A DNA stretch of 64,000 nt, taken from Phoronis australis (lineage: Eukaryota; Animalia; Phoronida). The stretch lies in assembly GCA_002633005.1 (NCBI GenBank), contig NMRA01000380.1:1-64000 (forward strand), read 5' to 3'. Below are positions 47,429 to 60,000 of this stretch, piece after piece. Below the pieces are notes generated by a model. It was not told where the DNA came from, made no database searches, and was given only the letters and a program-made list of their open reading frames with translations. Within the stretch, counting starts at the first letter, position 1, and each line of letters opens with the position of its first letter. The position numbers and the translations under genes are program-made.

Positions 47429-49493
47429 TATACCTACAGTACGTATCTTTTTGCATTCTTTCCAAACTTTTGAAATTTAAATATAAATCTACTTTCCTAT
47501 GTAGAAGGTGCTTATAATCTAAATAATCCCCATGGCTGGGGGATTTTGAACGGTAAATGCAGAAGTCACCTGGCAGGTTGGGCAATGGGCGAATCTGGAG
47601 ACGATTGTTGTCCCGATGAACTCAGCGCTCTCATTGGAAAGAACTCGGGATTTTCTCATATCATGATTCAGGTAAGTTTATCTTTGACGATATTTTGCCC
47701 TTTTCAAAAGCCAGTGGTCTGGAATAAAGTTCATACAAATGAGGTAAAATAATGGTCTTCTCTTTACACGGGTACATTTTTATAACTCTTAGAAAATTTT
47801 TGCTATACCTAAGCAGGACTGGTGCCTTAGAATCTGGACATCGAAATCAGATTTTGCCGGTGGGTGATACAGTAACTAACGCTGGCGGCGCCATTTTATG
47901 GTGACGGTGTCTTTTCTGTTGGATTTTAATTGTTTTCATTTCATTTTCTGAAGGGGAGCTAAGGTTATGTATGATTCTAGAAGAATGTCTATAATCTGGC
48001 TAACTTTGGAATCTCATACTTCAAAAATGGATGATTAGATATTTATCAAACTGTCAAATTGTATATTTTGTACAATGTTCCCAAAATCGCGTTTAGCGTC
48101 GAACTTAAGCCCTGCGGCAGCTGAGGTTTCGTCGCGCATGCGTAAGAGTTGTTTGGTATCTGTTGTTCCGGTTTGTGTACTTGCCATAAAATTTTCTGTC
48201 ATTAAAACTTTTCGCAACTCCGCCGTTTGCATAAGAGCCATATCATTAGAAAGCGCTTTAATTATCAGTTCTTTATGGTGATACTAGAAGCACTAGATGA
48301 ATAATTTAATTCATAAGTAATTTTCATTTCGTTTACCTGACTGGTTAAAAAATAAAAAAATATCTCTTAATTCTAAAAAACAAGAGTGTTACGAAAATAA
48401 GAACAGCGTGTAATACTAACATAAAAAGGAAATGTACCGGAGAGGTTATATAATTTATTAGCTAAGTTATTGAGGAGATAATTTCATTGACTCAAAAGAT
48501 TTTAAACCTATTAAGTCGAAGGTTTTGGAAAATGGGTCCCTCACACTTGCTGTGGGTAATTTAGTCAGGCATTCATCCAAAATTACACATCGTTAAATAT
48601 TATAATTAATTGGGTCTTTGGTGCCGTTTAATACAATTACTTTCTTCCCTAAAAATTCAGAATGCAGTGAAATTTACGAAAAAAGCGATAAACTACTCCA
48701 AGTATCTATCCGAAGTTGGGTAAACATCCACAACGTAGCTTTGAAATGTACTGTGGATAACTCATCACACTGGTCGCAGTGAGGTACTTTTCATAAAAGT
48801 TTAGAAATAAACTCTTTTATTCAGAAAGTAAAAGTTGGTGAATCTGGTACAGGTTCCTAGAACAACAACCATTGCAACATATTTTTACAATTATTTTGTT
48901 TTTCAAGAAAGTGGAAAATAACAATATTCATAAAAAGAGACAACGTTATTTTGAACACTTGTTGCATTTTTGTCACCAGTGCTGCTGTCGGTCGTAGGCG
49001 CATGTACATGTAGGCGCAGCAAACCACCTTTTTGCTTTTAATGTAACGCCTATCCACCATAAGTAAGTGCACGCAGTCGCAGGCAACCACATTTTTACAT
49101 TTTATCGTAACAACCACCTTAGTTTTTACAATTAACGTAGAAGGATTTTCGCTTTTGATGAAAGAGATAAAAAGTACAGGAAACGAAGACGAAGTGATAC
49201 TTTAGAAAAAAATTACAGTATTTCATCGAATTCATCGTGAAAATTAATTCATATCGAATGGAATTTCTCCACATTTTTTACTTCCGTTGTTTTGATATGG
49301 CAGTGCCCTTCTTTTTAGATGAATTTTATTTAAAATCCGTCAAGTGGTCACGTGACACATTAATAACAGACTTTCATAAAGTTAAAAATCAAATGTCCAC
49401 ATGTTTTCTACTTCAGAAAATGCACTTTTTGAGTCAATTTCTATAATTGTAACAACTGAAAAACTGCATCAAATCAAATTTTAAAAAATTTCA

Positions 49494-49846
49494 TGGCCGA
49501 TTTCAAAAAGGTGGTTTAAAGTTAAACCTAGTTTATGACAAAATCTTTTAGACCTTTTTCACAAATGTCTGCACCGTGTGTAACTGTATACCCACGTGAT
49601 CAAGGTTTCATTGAAGCACTTCAATAGTTTCTTTGTTGGGTTAATCCAGATCGACACATCAGGTTGGCTTAGATACTTTCAACCTGGTTTTACTAAACCG
49701 ACTCCCTGGTCTAGCAAAACCAGGCTTTCAGACTTTTAAACCACGTTGCTGAAATGCAAGTTAGGTCTAAAATTTTATCAGGTTTAGGAAGACCAGGTTT
49801 AAGTCTTAAACCTGGTTTTGTTAAAACACCTTTATGAGATCGGCTG
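49494..49846. mobile_element. Harbinger/PHIS-like MITE (short derivative), 3-bp TSD TCA
   Basis: GCCGATTTCAAAAAGGTG...CACCTTTATGAGATCGGC; absent in gene A at ~18530. Confidence 0.75.
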
Positions 49847-49938
49847 TCAGTGTTCTTAAGATTACACCTTGAACATATATGTTTAACGAAATTCAGTCTA
49901 GTAAATGATGCTGTTGCTATGCTACAGATGCCCCTAGT

Positions 49939-51106
49939 CAGCCGATTTCATAAAGGTGGTTTAAAGTTAAATCTTGTTTAAGCTGGACTTAGACCAGGTT
50001 TAAAGATAATCTGCATTTCATAAAGGTGGTTTAACTTTTAGACCAGTGGTCTAGTAAAACATGGTTTAACTCAAATTTAGACGTGGTCTAAGTCAGTTTT
50101 CATTTCACCAACGAAATTTATATTCTTTAGACCTGTATTAAGATCTTAAACCATATTTAACTTTAGACTTACATGTAGTCAGACCCAGGTTTAACTGTTA
50201 ATTATGTCAGACTAGCACGATATACATGTAGGTACAACTGAATGATGCCGTGGAGTGCATTTGCGACGCAGGTTTAGAGAGAAAATGGACTATTTTCAAT
50301 ATTCAGTTTTACTACGACAGAAGATCAAACGTAGCAGGGGCGGATCCAGGATATTTTAAATGGGGGACGGCCAAGTACTTTTTGAAAGGGGCGACCAAGT
50401 GAAAATTTTGAAAATTATAGATTTGATAACACTAAAACCAAGGGAAAAAGGGGGGCTCCGGATCACTTGACCCCCCTGGATCCGCCTATGCGTAGGCCAA
50501 TACGTGCTGGAGAGTGTCCTCCAGATTTCTCAGAATACGAGTGGTCGAGCAGGGCGTCATCGTCGTAAGCGCTACGGATTTGACTTAAGACAGCATCTAC
50601 TGAACTGACTGAGTTCCACCTCCACTGTTCTCCGATTAAACGTTGCCTGGGGAAGGGGTCTTCCCCCCCCTTTGGCCGCGAACAATAAACACTAAAATTA
50701 CACGGAAATAAATTTGGGCATTTATCATGTTACATCTAATCGTGAGCATGTTCTTTAATGTTTGTGTGTTGGGCACAGAAATTACATTATTCCCCATGAG
50801 AAAATCTTTTAGACCTTTTCGTAAATATCTGCACTGATTCTACTAGTGTATGCCATTGTATACCCACGTGATCAAGGTTTCGTTGAAGCACTTCAATAGT
50901 GGGTTTACCCAGCTCGACACAGTGGGGTGTCTTTGATGCTTTAAACCTGGTTTTACTGAACCAGCTCCCTGGTCTAGCAAAACCAGGCTTTCAGACTCTT
51001 AAACCATGTTGCTGAAATGCAAGTCAGGTCTAAACTTAGACCAGGTTTAGGAAGACCAGGTTTAAGTCTTAAACCTGTTTTTTAACCACCTTTATGAAAT
51101 CGGTTG
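49939..51106. mobile_element. Harbinger/PHIS-like non-autonomous element, 3-bp TSD AGT
   Basis: TIR CAGCCGATTTCATAAAGGTGGTT/AACCACCTTTATGAAATCGGTTG; empty site in gene A at ~18595. Confidence 0.82.
50335..50490. mobile_element. Nested MITE with 5-bp TSD CGTAG
   Basis: cgtag|CAGGGGCGGATCCAGG...CCTGGATCCGCCTATG|cgtag. Confidence 0.82.
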
Positions 51107-53135
51107 AGTATGTTTTGAGCTAAGTTATTGCTTCATGGACATGGTCACGTGAAACAATTATTGCTTAATGGACATGGTCACGTGAAACAACTATTAGACG
51201 ATTGGCTAAGATTTTTACTTTCAGAGAATTAATACTTTTATTGAGTTAAAGTCTAGTCTCGTAGATATTAGGCTAAATACAACGACAAGTCGTTAAGGTC
51301 CGGAGACCCCCGTTAATTTCCGTCACTCTTAATGACTAAACTTTCCAAAATGTGAGTGCAGACAGTGCTTGTGACAGTTTTTTTTTGTTTTGTTTATACT
51401 ACAGTAGGGACGATTTTCTCTTCCACTTCGGAACTAGCACTTTATACATTTTGAAATATATAAGGTTTGGCTTTGAACTGGAAACGTTATTGTTGAAAAC
51501 CACTGGTTTGTCGTGTTTCAGGAAGGCCATGATCACATCGTATACCAGTTGGAGTTCTCTAATTCATCTCCGCTAATTCAATGTGTTCCTGTTTGAGCTT
51601 TTGCAATTTCGGGTGCAGTTTTCGCCATTATAAGGGTTTTTATGTGCAAATTTTATCATTTAATTTGTTTTGTTTTTCAGTTACATTGGAACAACCCACA
51701 AAAGCAGTCCACCTATAAAGACAACTCTGCGTTCACTCTTTACATTTCTCCAAAATTTCGCAAATATTCCCAAGCGAGATTTACCATCGGTCAGTTGTAC
51801 ACCAGTATTCCTCCTGGAAGACAGTCTTACGAAGTCAGCGCCAGCTGTCGGTCATCGTGTTCGTCTAAGAATCTGAACGAGTCCATTTATATTTACAGGG
51901 GCTTCGTGCACATGCATCTTTTAGGTATTGGGTCTTTCGATCTTGGTTTCGTTGTAGCGTAATGAGCAAATGCTACATTGTATTATATTTAATGCATTCG
52001 TGTTATATTGCTTTGGTATGAATCAAATTGTTTGAACTATACATTTAGTGTCCCACAATGACGTTCATTTTGCAACCACGTTTCAACGACAAGTAGGTCT
52101 ACAAAAAGTAATAGCGAACTAAAAGATGTTAACTTTCACCTTTCCAAATCAAGACTGAACGGTAATTTTAGCGGAAACGATTCAATTGACATACCCTAAT
52201 GTTTATCCGTTTCATGTTCATATTTTCGAATTGGAAAATTTTCTCTACAAAGCTCATGTGGTATTGCTTACATGTATGATACTCTGAACACGGTTTTTTA
52301 TTTCAGGTGTTTCTGGTGCTCTTGTACACTACCGCAACAGAAAAAAGATTGACGATATTGTGGTTAACCGTAGTTTCAGCTTCAATAGACTGGATTACAC
52401 AAAGTGAGCCCGTTTAATTGACCTATCACTTGGCTGTTTCATTAGAAATGTCAGAAACGTCGTCTGAGTAACTATTTCAGAATAATAATCCAATCTCACC
52501 TCAAAAAGTTCATAGTTTCTGGTAATAAATTCAAATCTGCTATTTGTTCAGGGCTCTGTTTCTTATCTTTTTATTTGATCTCGAGATTTTGAGTTCTACT
52601 GCACCTTAGTACCAACTCAGGATAGTCATGAGGTTTCGCGCTCGGAACCCAGAGATGCTATTCACAAAGAAATTCGCCGTCAAACAGGACCTCGCAAAAC
52701 CTCGTGTGTGAACGGCAAGTGTTGAACGAGTGTGCTTGGAACAGTAGCTTAATAGGCCTTAAAATGGCGGCGGCCATTGAAGTGATTGTTTGGTGGAATG
52801 AAATGGTGAATAAGTGGGTAGTATTCAGTGTTTCCGTTCCATGGAAGATTTCTCGCCGCAAGTGCAGTTGCGAGTGTCTGGGGTCTTCGGAACGCATCTG
52901 AGACCGAGAATGGACAGTGGTGTTCTGTTGCGACAGCCTTATGCCCTACCTTGTCACATCACTGAGGAGCTCCGTAAGTCTTTAACTCGTCCCGTACGCT
53001 TATTAATAAGAAATGTCATGGAGCGTTTCTGCCCTTGACAATACCCCCATTCTTTTGGCGGTGATTTTGTCTTTTTCGTCGCTTTTGACTGTTCTCTACC
53101 ATAATTTATTGCTTGCCTAGGCATAATCCGCTAAT

Positions 53136-54065
53136 GGGGCTAATCGGAAAATTCTTCTCGTGGGGTCGCTGGTGTACTAGTAGCGATTGAATTGCGCATG
53201 CGTCGCTGTCTGCATGTAAACAACTAGTAAAAAGACGGATTGTTATCAAAATACGTCGTCGCGCTAAGCCTTAGTATTGCTATTTTCCCTGGTGCAAGTC
53301 TTCGACAGGTGGTCACAAATTACCAAAAGACCTAAGGTTACTACATTCGTGGAGAATTGTGTTCAAAAAGGTCAACCAACTGTGTGGATGCCGAAGCCCC
53401 ATTGGGAGACTCCATAACGTGACTTGGTAAGTTTTTAGCAATCAAGTTTCTATCGACATCGTTTGGTGATGTTACCCCCACCAGTTATCCCACTGAATAA
53501 CGGGTTTATTGAATGGAACTAAGTGTTTCTTTTCGGAAACTCATCCGGGACTCCGATGCTGGGTAGTATAGCAGCACATACATTGTATTCACATGTTGTC
53601 CTAGGTGAGGTGTGGTATGGTACGGGACGCTCAGAATTCAAGGGTGACTTTTTCACATCAGTTTCTCTTCAAAGCTATGCTATGTTCAATAAAATTCTTT
53701 GAATGAGTGCGTTTCCTTATTTTATAGCGGACCACACCCCCAGGACTATTAGATTAATTACCGAATTAACATGAATAAGCTATTCAGTGAACGCCGTTAC
53801 ATTGGAATGGAAAAAAAAATGACACCTAGAATGAATTTTACTTGTTGATGTCACAAGCACAACTTAGGTGTCGTGGAAAAAATAATTGTTAAATCACTTT
53901 TCGCCTGTTTCACATATTCTAATTCAGATCTTAAATAAGACTTGGGTACAAAGATTGTTAGTTTTTTTGAGTTTCTACATAAACATGAAGATGAAACGTC
54001 AAGCATGTTCTGCCTTACTAATGTAGTTTTGTCTTGTGCTTTCTTTTATAATTTACTAATATTTT
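53136..54065 (+). mobile_element. THAP-encoding DNA transposon 5' fragment (ISL2EU-like) inserted in A' exon 8
   Basis: Begins after an AT in exon 8; encodes YCYFPWCKSSTGGHKLPKDLRLLHSW (THAP CxxxxC...PKD...W pattern); right end not seen. Confidence 0.55.
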
Positions 54066-54069
54066 TCTG

Positions 54070-57000
54070 ACAGAGAAGTCGAAAAAGACGTCTGATCAAC
54101 AGGCAGATCGGCATCTACACGCGATCAAGACATGGTATCTGCCGTCTAAAAGTCATTGGTACATCAAAAGGCCACAACCCTAGCCAATCACACACGATTA
54201 CCTTGAGCGCACAGAGCATTGCCACAAATCAGGTTAGACTGTCTCGCGACGACAAAATTCTAGCCAAAGGAACTTTTTCCATTGAAAATATATGGCATCT
54301 CGTACATAATGATTTCTGATTTTCTAAGTATTTTGTATGGAGTAACTCTTTCATGGTCTGTTTTATTCAAGTAGTTTTCATACTAAGTCAGACTGTATTA
54401 AACTTGAATAAACTTTTTGCCAGAATTATTTGGAAGTTAACTCGAACCTTTGTCGCAAGAAATTAAAGTTTTATCGAAATTTTGTCGAAGCATAATGTGA
54501 CATGTTTGCGTCTTGCCGCTAATTCTTAATGTAACGTACTTAGGCAGTAAGTTGTCGTCAATTCTAACAAGGATGGAGATTTTGTCGAAGTTTAGCCAGA
54601 ATTGGTACGGATACTAGTCGAACATTAGAAATGGCTTTTAATCGCATTTTTGCACCATCACCTTGTCAAATTTTGACGTTGTCCAGCCTATTGTGAAAAT
54701 TACTGTGGATCGACTATCTCCGGTTGACAGGTAAAATGTGTTATCGAAGTTTGCATTTTGTAGAAATGGACAAAAGATTTATGCAACAACGACAGTGACG
54801 GCGACGGAAAAACTAACGGAGCAGAGCTGGGTGATCCCAATTGTATATGGACTACAGGTAAACTCAGGTTGATTGAAAAGCACTTTTTGCTGAGCAAATT
54901 TTACATAACGCTAACTTTGCTACTTAAAATGTAGATCACTTAAGTTCAATATTCCCTGGCTTTCGGAGGTGTTCGTCCGTTCTTTGTCAAGGTTGGAAAT
55001 GACCCCCTCTCAACATTATTTATTGTCAGATGACCTGACACTCATGCATGTGTATAGTTTGCAGTGTTCATCTTTGCGTTACACGATCAGTTGAAGTCGT
55101 CTGGGTGTTCAGGGTCGTCACAACGCGATTACATGTAATTGGAGTCAAATGATCATGTCTGTTTAGTAAATGTCGGCAAAACGAAAGGTACTTTACATTG
55201 ATAGCAAAACAACTATCAATAACGTTACTAAATTTCATTTGACTTAAATGGTCAAGATTTAAATCTCAAAAATGGTGTTACAAATTTTAAATTGTTCCTC
55301 GTTTTATAGTACTTTAATTTTTTTCACGGACATAGTAAAAGCTCTGTTTTTGGTAACCCCCTCATGCAAAAATGGAACAATTCCTTAATGTGATGAGAAC
55401 AGAGCATAAAGCCTGAGACAAGTATATGTTTTCCCACATACATGTAAAGCATAATATCTGAAGTTGCCTGTGAATCCGATGAGCCATTTCTCAGACACGA
55501 CGTTCCATTGCCAAATTCGGCCATTTTTGTAGGGTATTACACACTCTGAACAAAAAATATGTAGGCGATTGCGTTATTTGCTTTTTCACCTTTATTGCTG
55601 CTCAAATTAAGAATATTTCAGCGAACGTTTCGATGAATACATGTATATGATAATCAACTGAAGTGGGCTTTGATTAGTAGAAATCGCCGATCACTCTTGT
55701 GCTAGCATGTGTTTGGAAACTGTTCATGTTCGAATACCTTATGAGGCTCATTTTTAGGGCAAACTCCAGCTTATGGGGACGGAATTTCACATCCGGGTGT
55801 CTGTGAACCAGTGGGCTCCGCGAAATGCAACGCTACAAACGACTGGGACTTCTGCAACCTGGAGCAATTTACTTGCAACGCAACTAAAGAACCAGGTGCG
55901 TGGTTCAGGCTGTAAGCTCTCGTCAAATGCTTTTAAAAAATATATTTTATTTAGGCCATATATTGTTAAAAACTTCCCGCACTTCGTTCCTTGCTCAGTA
56001 TGAAGGATTCCTGAGAAAATGAAAGCAGACAATCCTCGCAAAAATCAATTGTATTTTGGACCACGTTGCACCACTATGACGTTGATTTGAAATGTCTCCT
56101 CAGTCAGAATGACTGCCTGGGATTTCTGGGCGTGGAAATAACTGAAAATTCGGCATAATGATTGGAGCCAGATTAACTTGTCTCCGCGTGTTATTTTATT
56201 CGCCAAGCATTGTGTCGAGGAAAAACAAACTGTCAATTCTTTTTAAAACCCCAAACAGCGCTTCTCATCTGAAAGAAGGAGAATTTAAACCAATTTTATA
56301 GCCACACGTGGTCTAAGCAAATGTTGATCACCGTTTTATAGCATAACTCTTCGTGAATCTCTCTTCTGGCAGGCAAAAGTGTATCAAGTTCTTGAAATCC
56401 CACGTAGAGTCCTGATCACGGTTTCTTGGTCTCTTAGGATATATCTAATTGTGACACGTTTCTGAAGTGACCTCATATTTGAAGACTACTATGACACAAC
56501 GATGAAAACTCGCGCATACCTGACCTCATACACAGTACCAGAGACCGTCTTTGCTAATACTCCAAATCTGCGGGGTCACGTTTTTCAGGACGCGGTGAGA
56601 TTGCGAAAGAGAAGCTTAGTTGTGGCTGTTCAATATTCCCTCCAGGTTACATGTATGTGTCAAAAATTATGTCTAATCATGTTCACACTTTTGCTTGAAA
56701 TCTTCGTGCGTCGTCCCTTGAAAAGAGTAACAAAAGACCAACAGCTACATGAACAGTGCCAGAACAATCTGTGAAGCGAACATTTCATATAAACCACTGC
56801 TTGCTATCATTGTCAAACTTTTCAAAACCGTATTTGTGTAATCTTCCTCGGCATAATACCTATTCGGTCTAAAAATACACTTCTCTCATAATGTCCTGAT
56901 GAGCAAGAAGATATTGAAAATTTAACTAAAAATGGTATTCGACAAACATGAAATAGGAAATATAGACAACAAAAGTTTTGCAACAGAAAGACCGAGAGAA

Positions 57001-60000
57001 TACAATTAGACCTCATGATAGATTCACTCTGCTGGGCGTCGGAATAAAGATGGTTCCATGGCCTCGAACAAGTGTAGCACGGAATGAATGTTTGCCAAAC
57101 TCAGTGATGATTTTATGGCTGTAACCTTTATGAACATTCATTTTGAGCCAGCCTAAAGTGTGGATAAGTAGTGAAAACTGAACCTTGATTTTTCCTGTTT
57201 TTCACGGCCGGAAACCGCATTGGAGGAATTGTTGTTAGATAGGATACACTTGAAGTTATTCACCTTGACCAGAAGTACAAAATTAGTGTTTTTGTGCCTT
57301 TGTTATAAATAGCTAATTCTCGCCGTTGTCTCCCAGGCATTCCCCAAAATCAAGGACGGGGTCTTTACCAGTTCAAATATGCTTAGAATATTCCGCTATT
57401 TAACACATGGGATTTGACTGGGCGTCAGAACACTCGACTGCTGTTGCGGAGCTAATGAGTTCGATTTTGAGTGACACTGCTCATTTCTGTCCATCAAATA
57501 CATACATGTATGAACGGAATATTATTAGTGAACATTGTCGGACAGATATTGGGAACTCTGGAATTTCTGAAGAACCGGAAATTCTTTCCTGAAATCCTGA
57601 AGTCTTTGGTTCTGGATTGGATCTCTCAGTATTTGGAAGTGGGATGTTGAATGATATGATTGTGATGACAGCATTCTGTGCTGAGTCTACCAACATATGT
57701 CCCCGCACTGCTTTATCCACACTTTTTCAATTTAGCATATGGATCACACTGTTTGGTGCATACACTGTCTCAAGAACTTGAAGCCTGGTGGCTGACATTG
57801 CATATCCATTAAGTCCAACAAAGCTCGTCTCAGTATGAAATCAGCCAAGACTGGCTAAAATAAACTGTCGTAAATTTACGTGATCTGCAGTCCCATAGTT
57901 AAGCGACTGTAGATCACTGTCGTTTGGTTAGCTGGCACTAATTTCCTCTAAAATCAATTACCTATGTTCATAAAAAGCAAGCGTATTAAACCAATTGTGA
58001 GTACTAAGTTTTAAAATTTAATTATTAGCTTTTTGTTTCACGAATTTATTATTTTCCATCAAATGCAGGTGAAATCAGCTTCCAAATTCTCCACTCATGT
58101 CAGTAGCATACGAAACCTTTGCATAGGAACAACTGATAATATCTCCAATAGCAGAGAGCAAAGCCACTTCCTGCCCAATGTGACTCAGTGTTTGTGTACC
58201 GAAAAAGCCAATAATTCCACCAGAATTACACATTCTTCTAACAAATATTATTTTTGATGCCTCAAATGAACACACTTTACAGAAACATACACATGTAAGT
58301 GACTGTGTGAAATTCCTTATGTAAATTTAACTAAGCCTTTCTGAAAAACACCAACTTTTACGTTAAATAATCTAAAATATGATTAAACATCCACAATTAG
58401 TACCTAAATCTTAAAAACAAACTTTATAAAGAATCATTAAGTCTAACTGTAGATTGCGAAATGTTTTCGTGCTAACGCTTGTCAGGTTACAAACAAAGTT
58501 TGCAGAATGCACATGCGGTAAATTGGAGTTATTTGTCAGTTGGCGGCCATTTTGTCAGCCATCTTGATTTTTTTCTCCAATCAGTGACCAACTGTAAGCT
58601 CCAGATATTTTCAATTGTCTAACTTACAAATGCATAGAAATTTTGCCATTTTCAGTGCAAAATATGAAAAGACATATTGCAACATGTACCAAATTGCCGT
58701 TTCGGCTGCCATTTTGTCGGCCATATTGGTTTTATTTTATGGAAAATTAGCATCTTTTGATTGGTATGCCATTTTTGAAAAGTATATAACTAATGACTAG
58801 CTCTATTGTGTTATTTCCAGCTGTTGCGTACATGTAAGAGTAACATACCAAAAAGCAGTAAACACCGGTTCTGGAGGCCACTTTTTCCGCCATCTTGAAA
58901 AACCGACGTCCGCTTCTCCGATTTTGGTAGACTTTTTTCTGTCAGCAAGGGATGTTTGAAGATTCCATTTATGCAAAAAAACTTCTGTTACAATTTTGTC
59001 TAGATTTGGCCCTCTGGAGCCCTAGAATGACTGAACTATACGCCCCCTATGCTATCTACATGTACTGTATGAACTGAATCATATTTTAACAATTCCAAAA
59101 TCTTTGAGAATGTACGCAACATCGCTTGTCAGTGGAGTAACGGTTAATCAAATGTGGGATGTCGACCTGAAGAAAGTGAGCTGTGGTGTTAGCAAGTACA
59201 CGGCAAGAACCTTGTTCCGTGATAGCGTCGGTGGGGGCGAAAACAAATTTCCGACTGAAGTATCATGATACGTTTTATGAAATAAGCACAAAAATGTTCC
59301 AAAAGAAAAACATGCAGAGAAAATTTTTTATATTATGAATTAACAACTTTAATGTCGCGAACAGCGGAAGTCTTTCCACAGTTTTTTTAATACTTTGAGA
59401 AAAATATCTTTTTAAAAAAATTGAATTGATTCTAGTGAAGGTACTTGTAGACTTCGTGGTACGCTTTTCGTCGGTCAATTATGGGAGACACATTTACCCT
59501 ACTTCTTAAAACAGCTTGGAGAAAAATACCCGCTCGCTTCTAGATACATTCCGACAACTGTAACCCATCTTTTATCGGTTGTGTTGTAGACATAAGCCTC
59601 CAATCGAATTTAAACCCGGCGATGAGATGAAAATAAAATGTGAGTACAAATCCACGTCAAGGACTGATGTGACCACCTACTGCGATGGAACTCAGGTATA
59701 CATGTACTTGTACACCGCACGACTGCTCATTATCACGTGGATGTAGTATAAATGAGTTGAACTTCAAAAATTAGCCAGGCGTCATTTACATATAGAGAAA
59801 TCACTGGGGTGCGTTTCGTACAGTTAATTCCTTGTCCCTCTGACGTGATTAAGCACGATTATGCTGCACGCAGTCATAAATGGAACTGAATGCTTCAAAT
59901 GCTAACAAAATCTGTAGCCCTAGCATTTTTCACAATTAGAGACAAGATCTAGTGATAAGAAGCAAAATCTTACGTTTGCTTATTCCGTACACTGCACAAT

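Larger units (their letters stand above)
46290..53135 (+). pseudogene. A' : truncated duplicate of gene A (exons 5-7 and first 15 nt of exon 8)
   Basis: Exon copies at 47505-47671, 51681-51924, 52307-52403 and 53121-53135, with intron homology to A. Exon 4 is deleted: the junction at ~46730 joins A positions ~14128 and ~15337. Exons 1-3 are absent, exon 5 has Cys>Trp, and exon 8 is interrupted by an insertion. Confidence 0.88.

Noticed and set aside
47196-47585. ORFs with poly-CV / poly-TH tracts
   Set aside because: Translations of the (CA)n microsatellite
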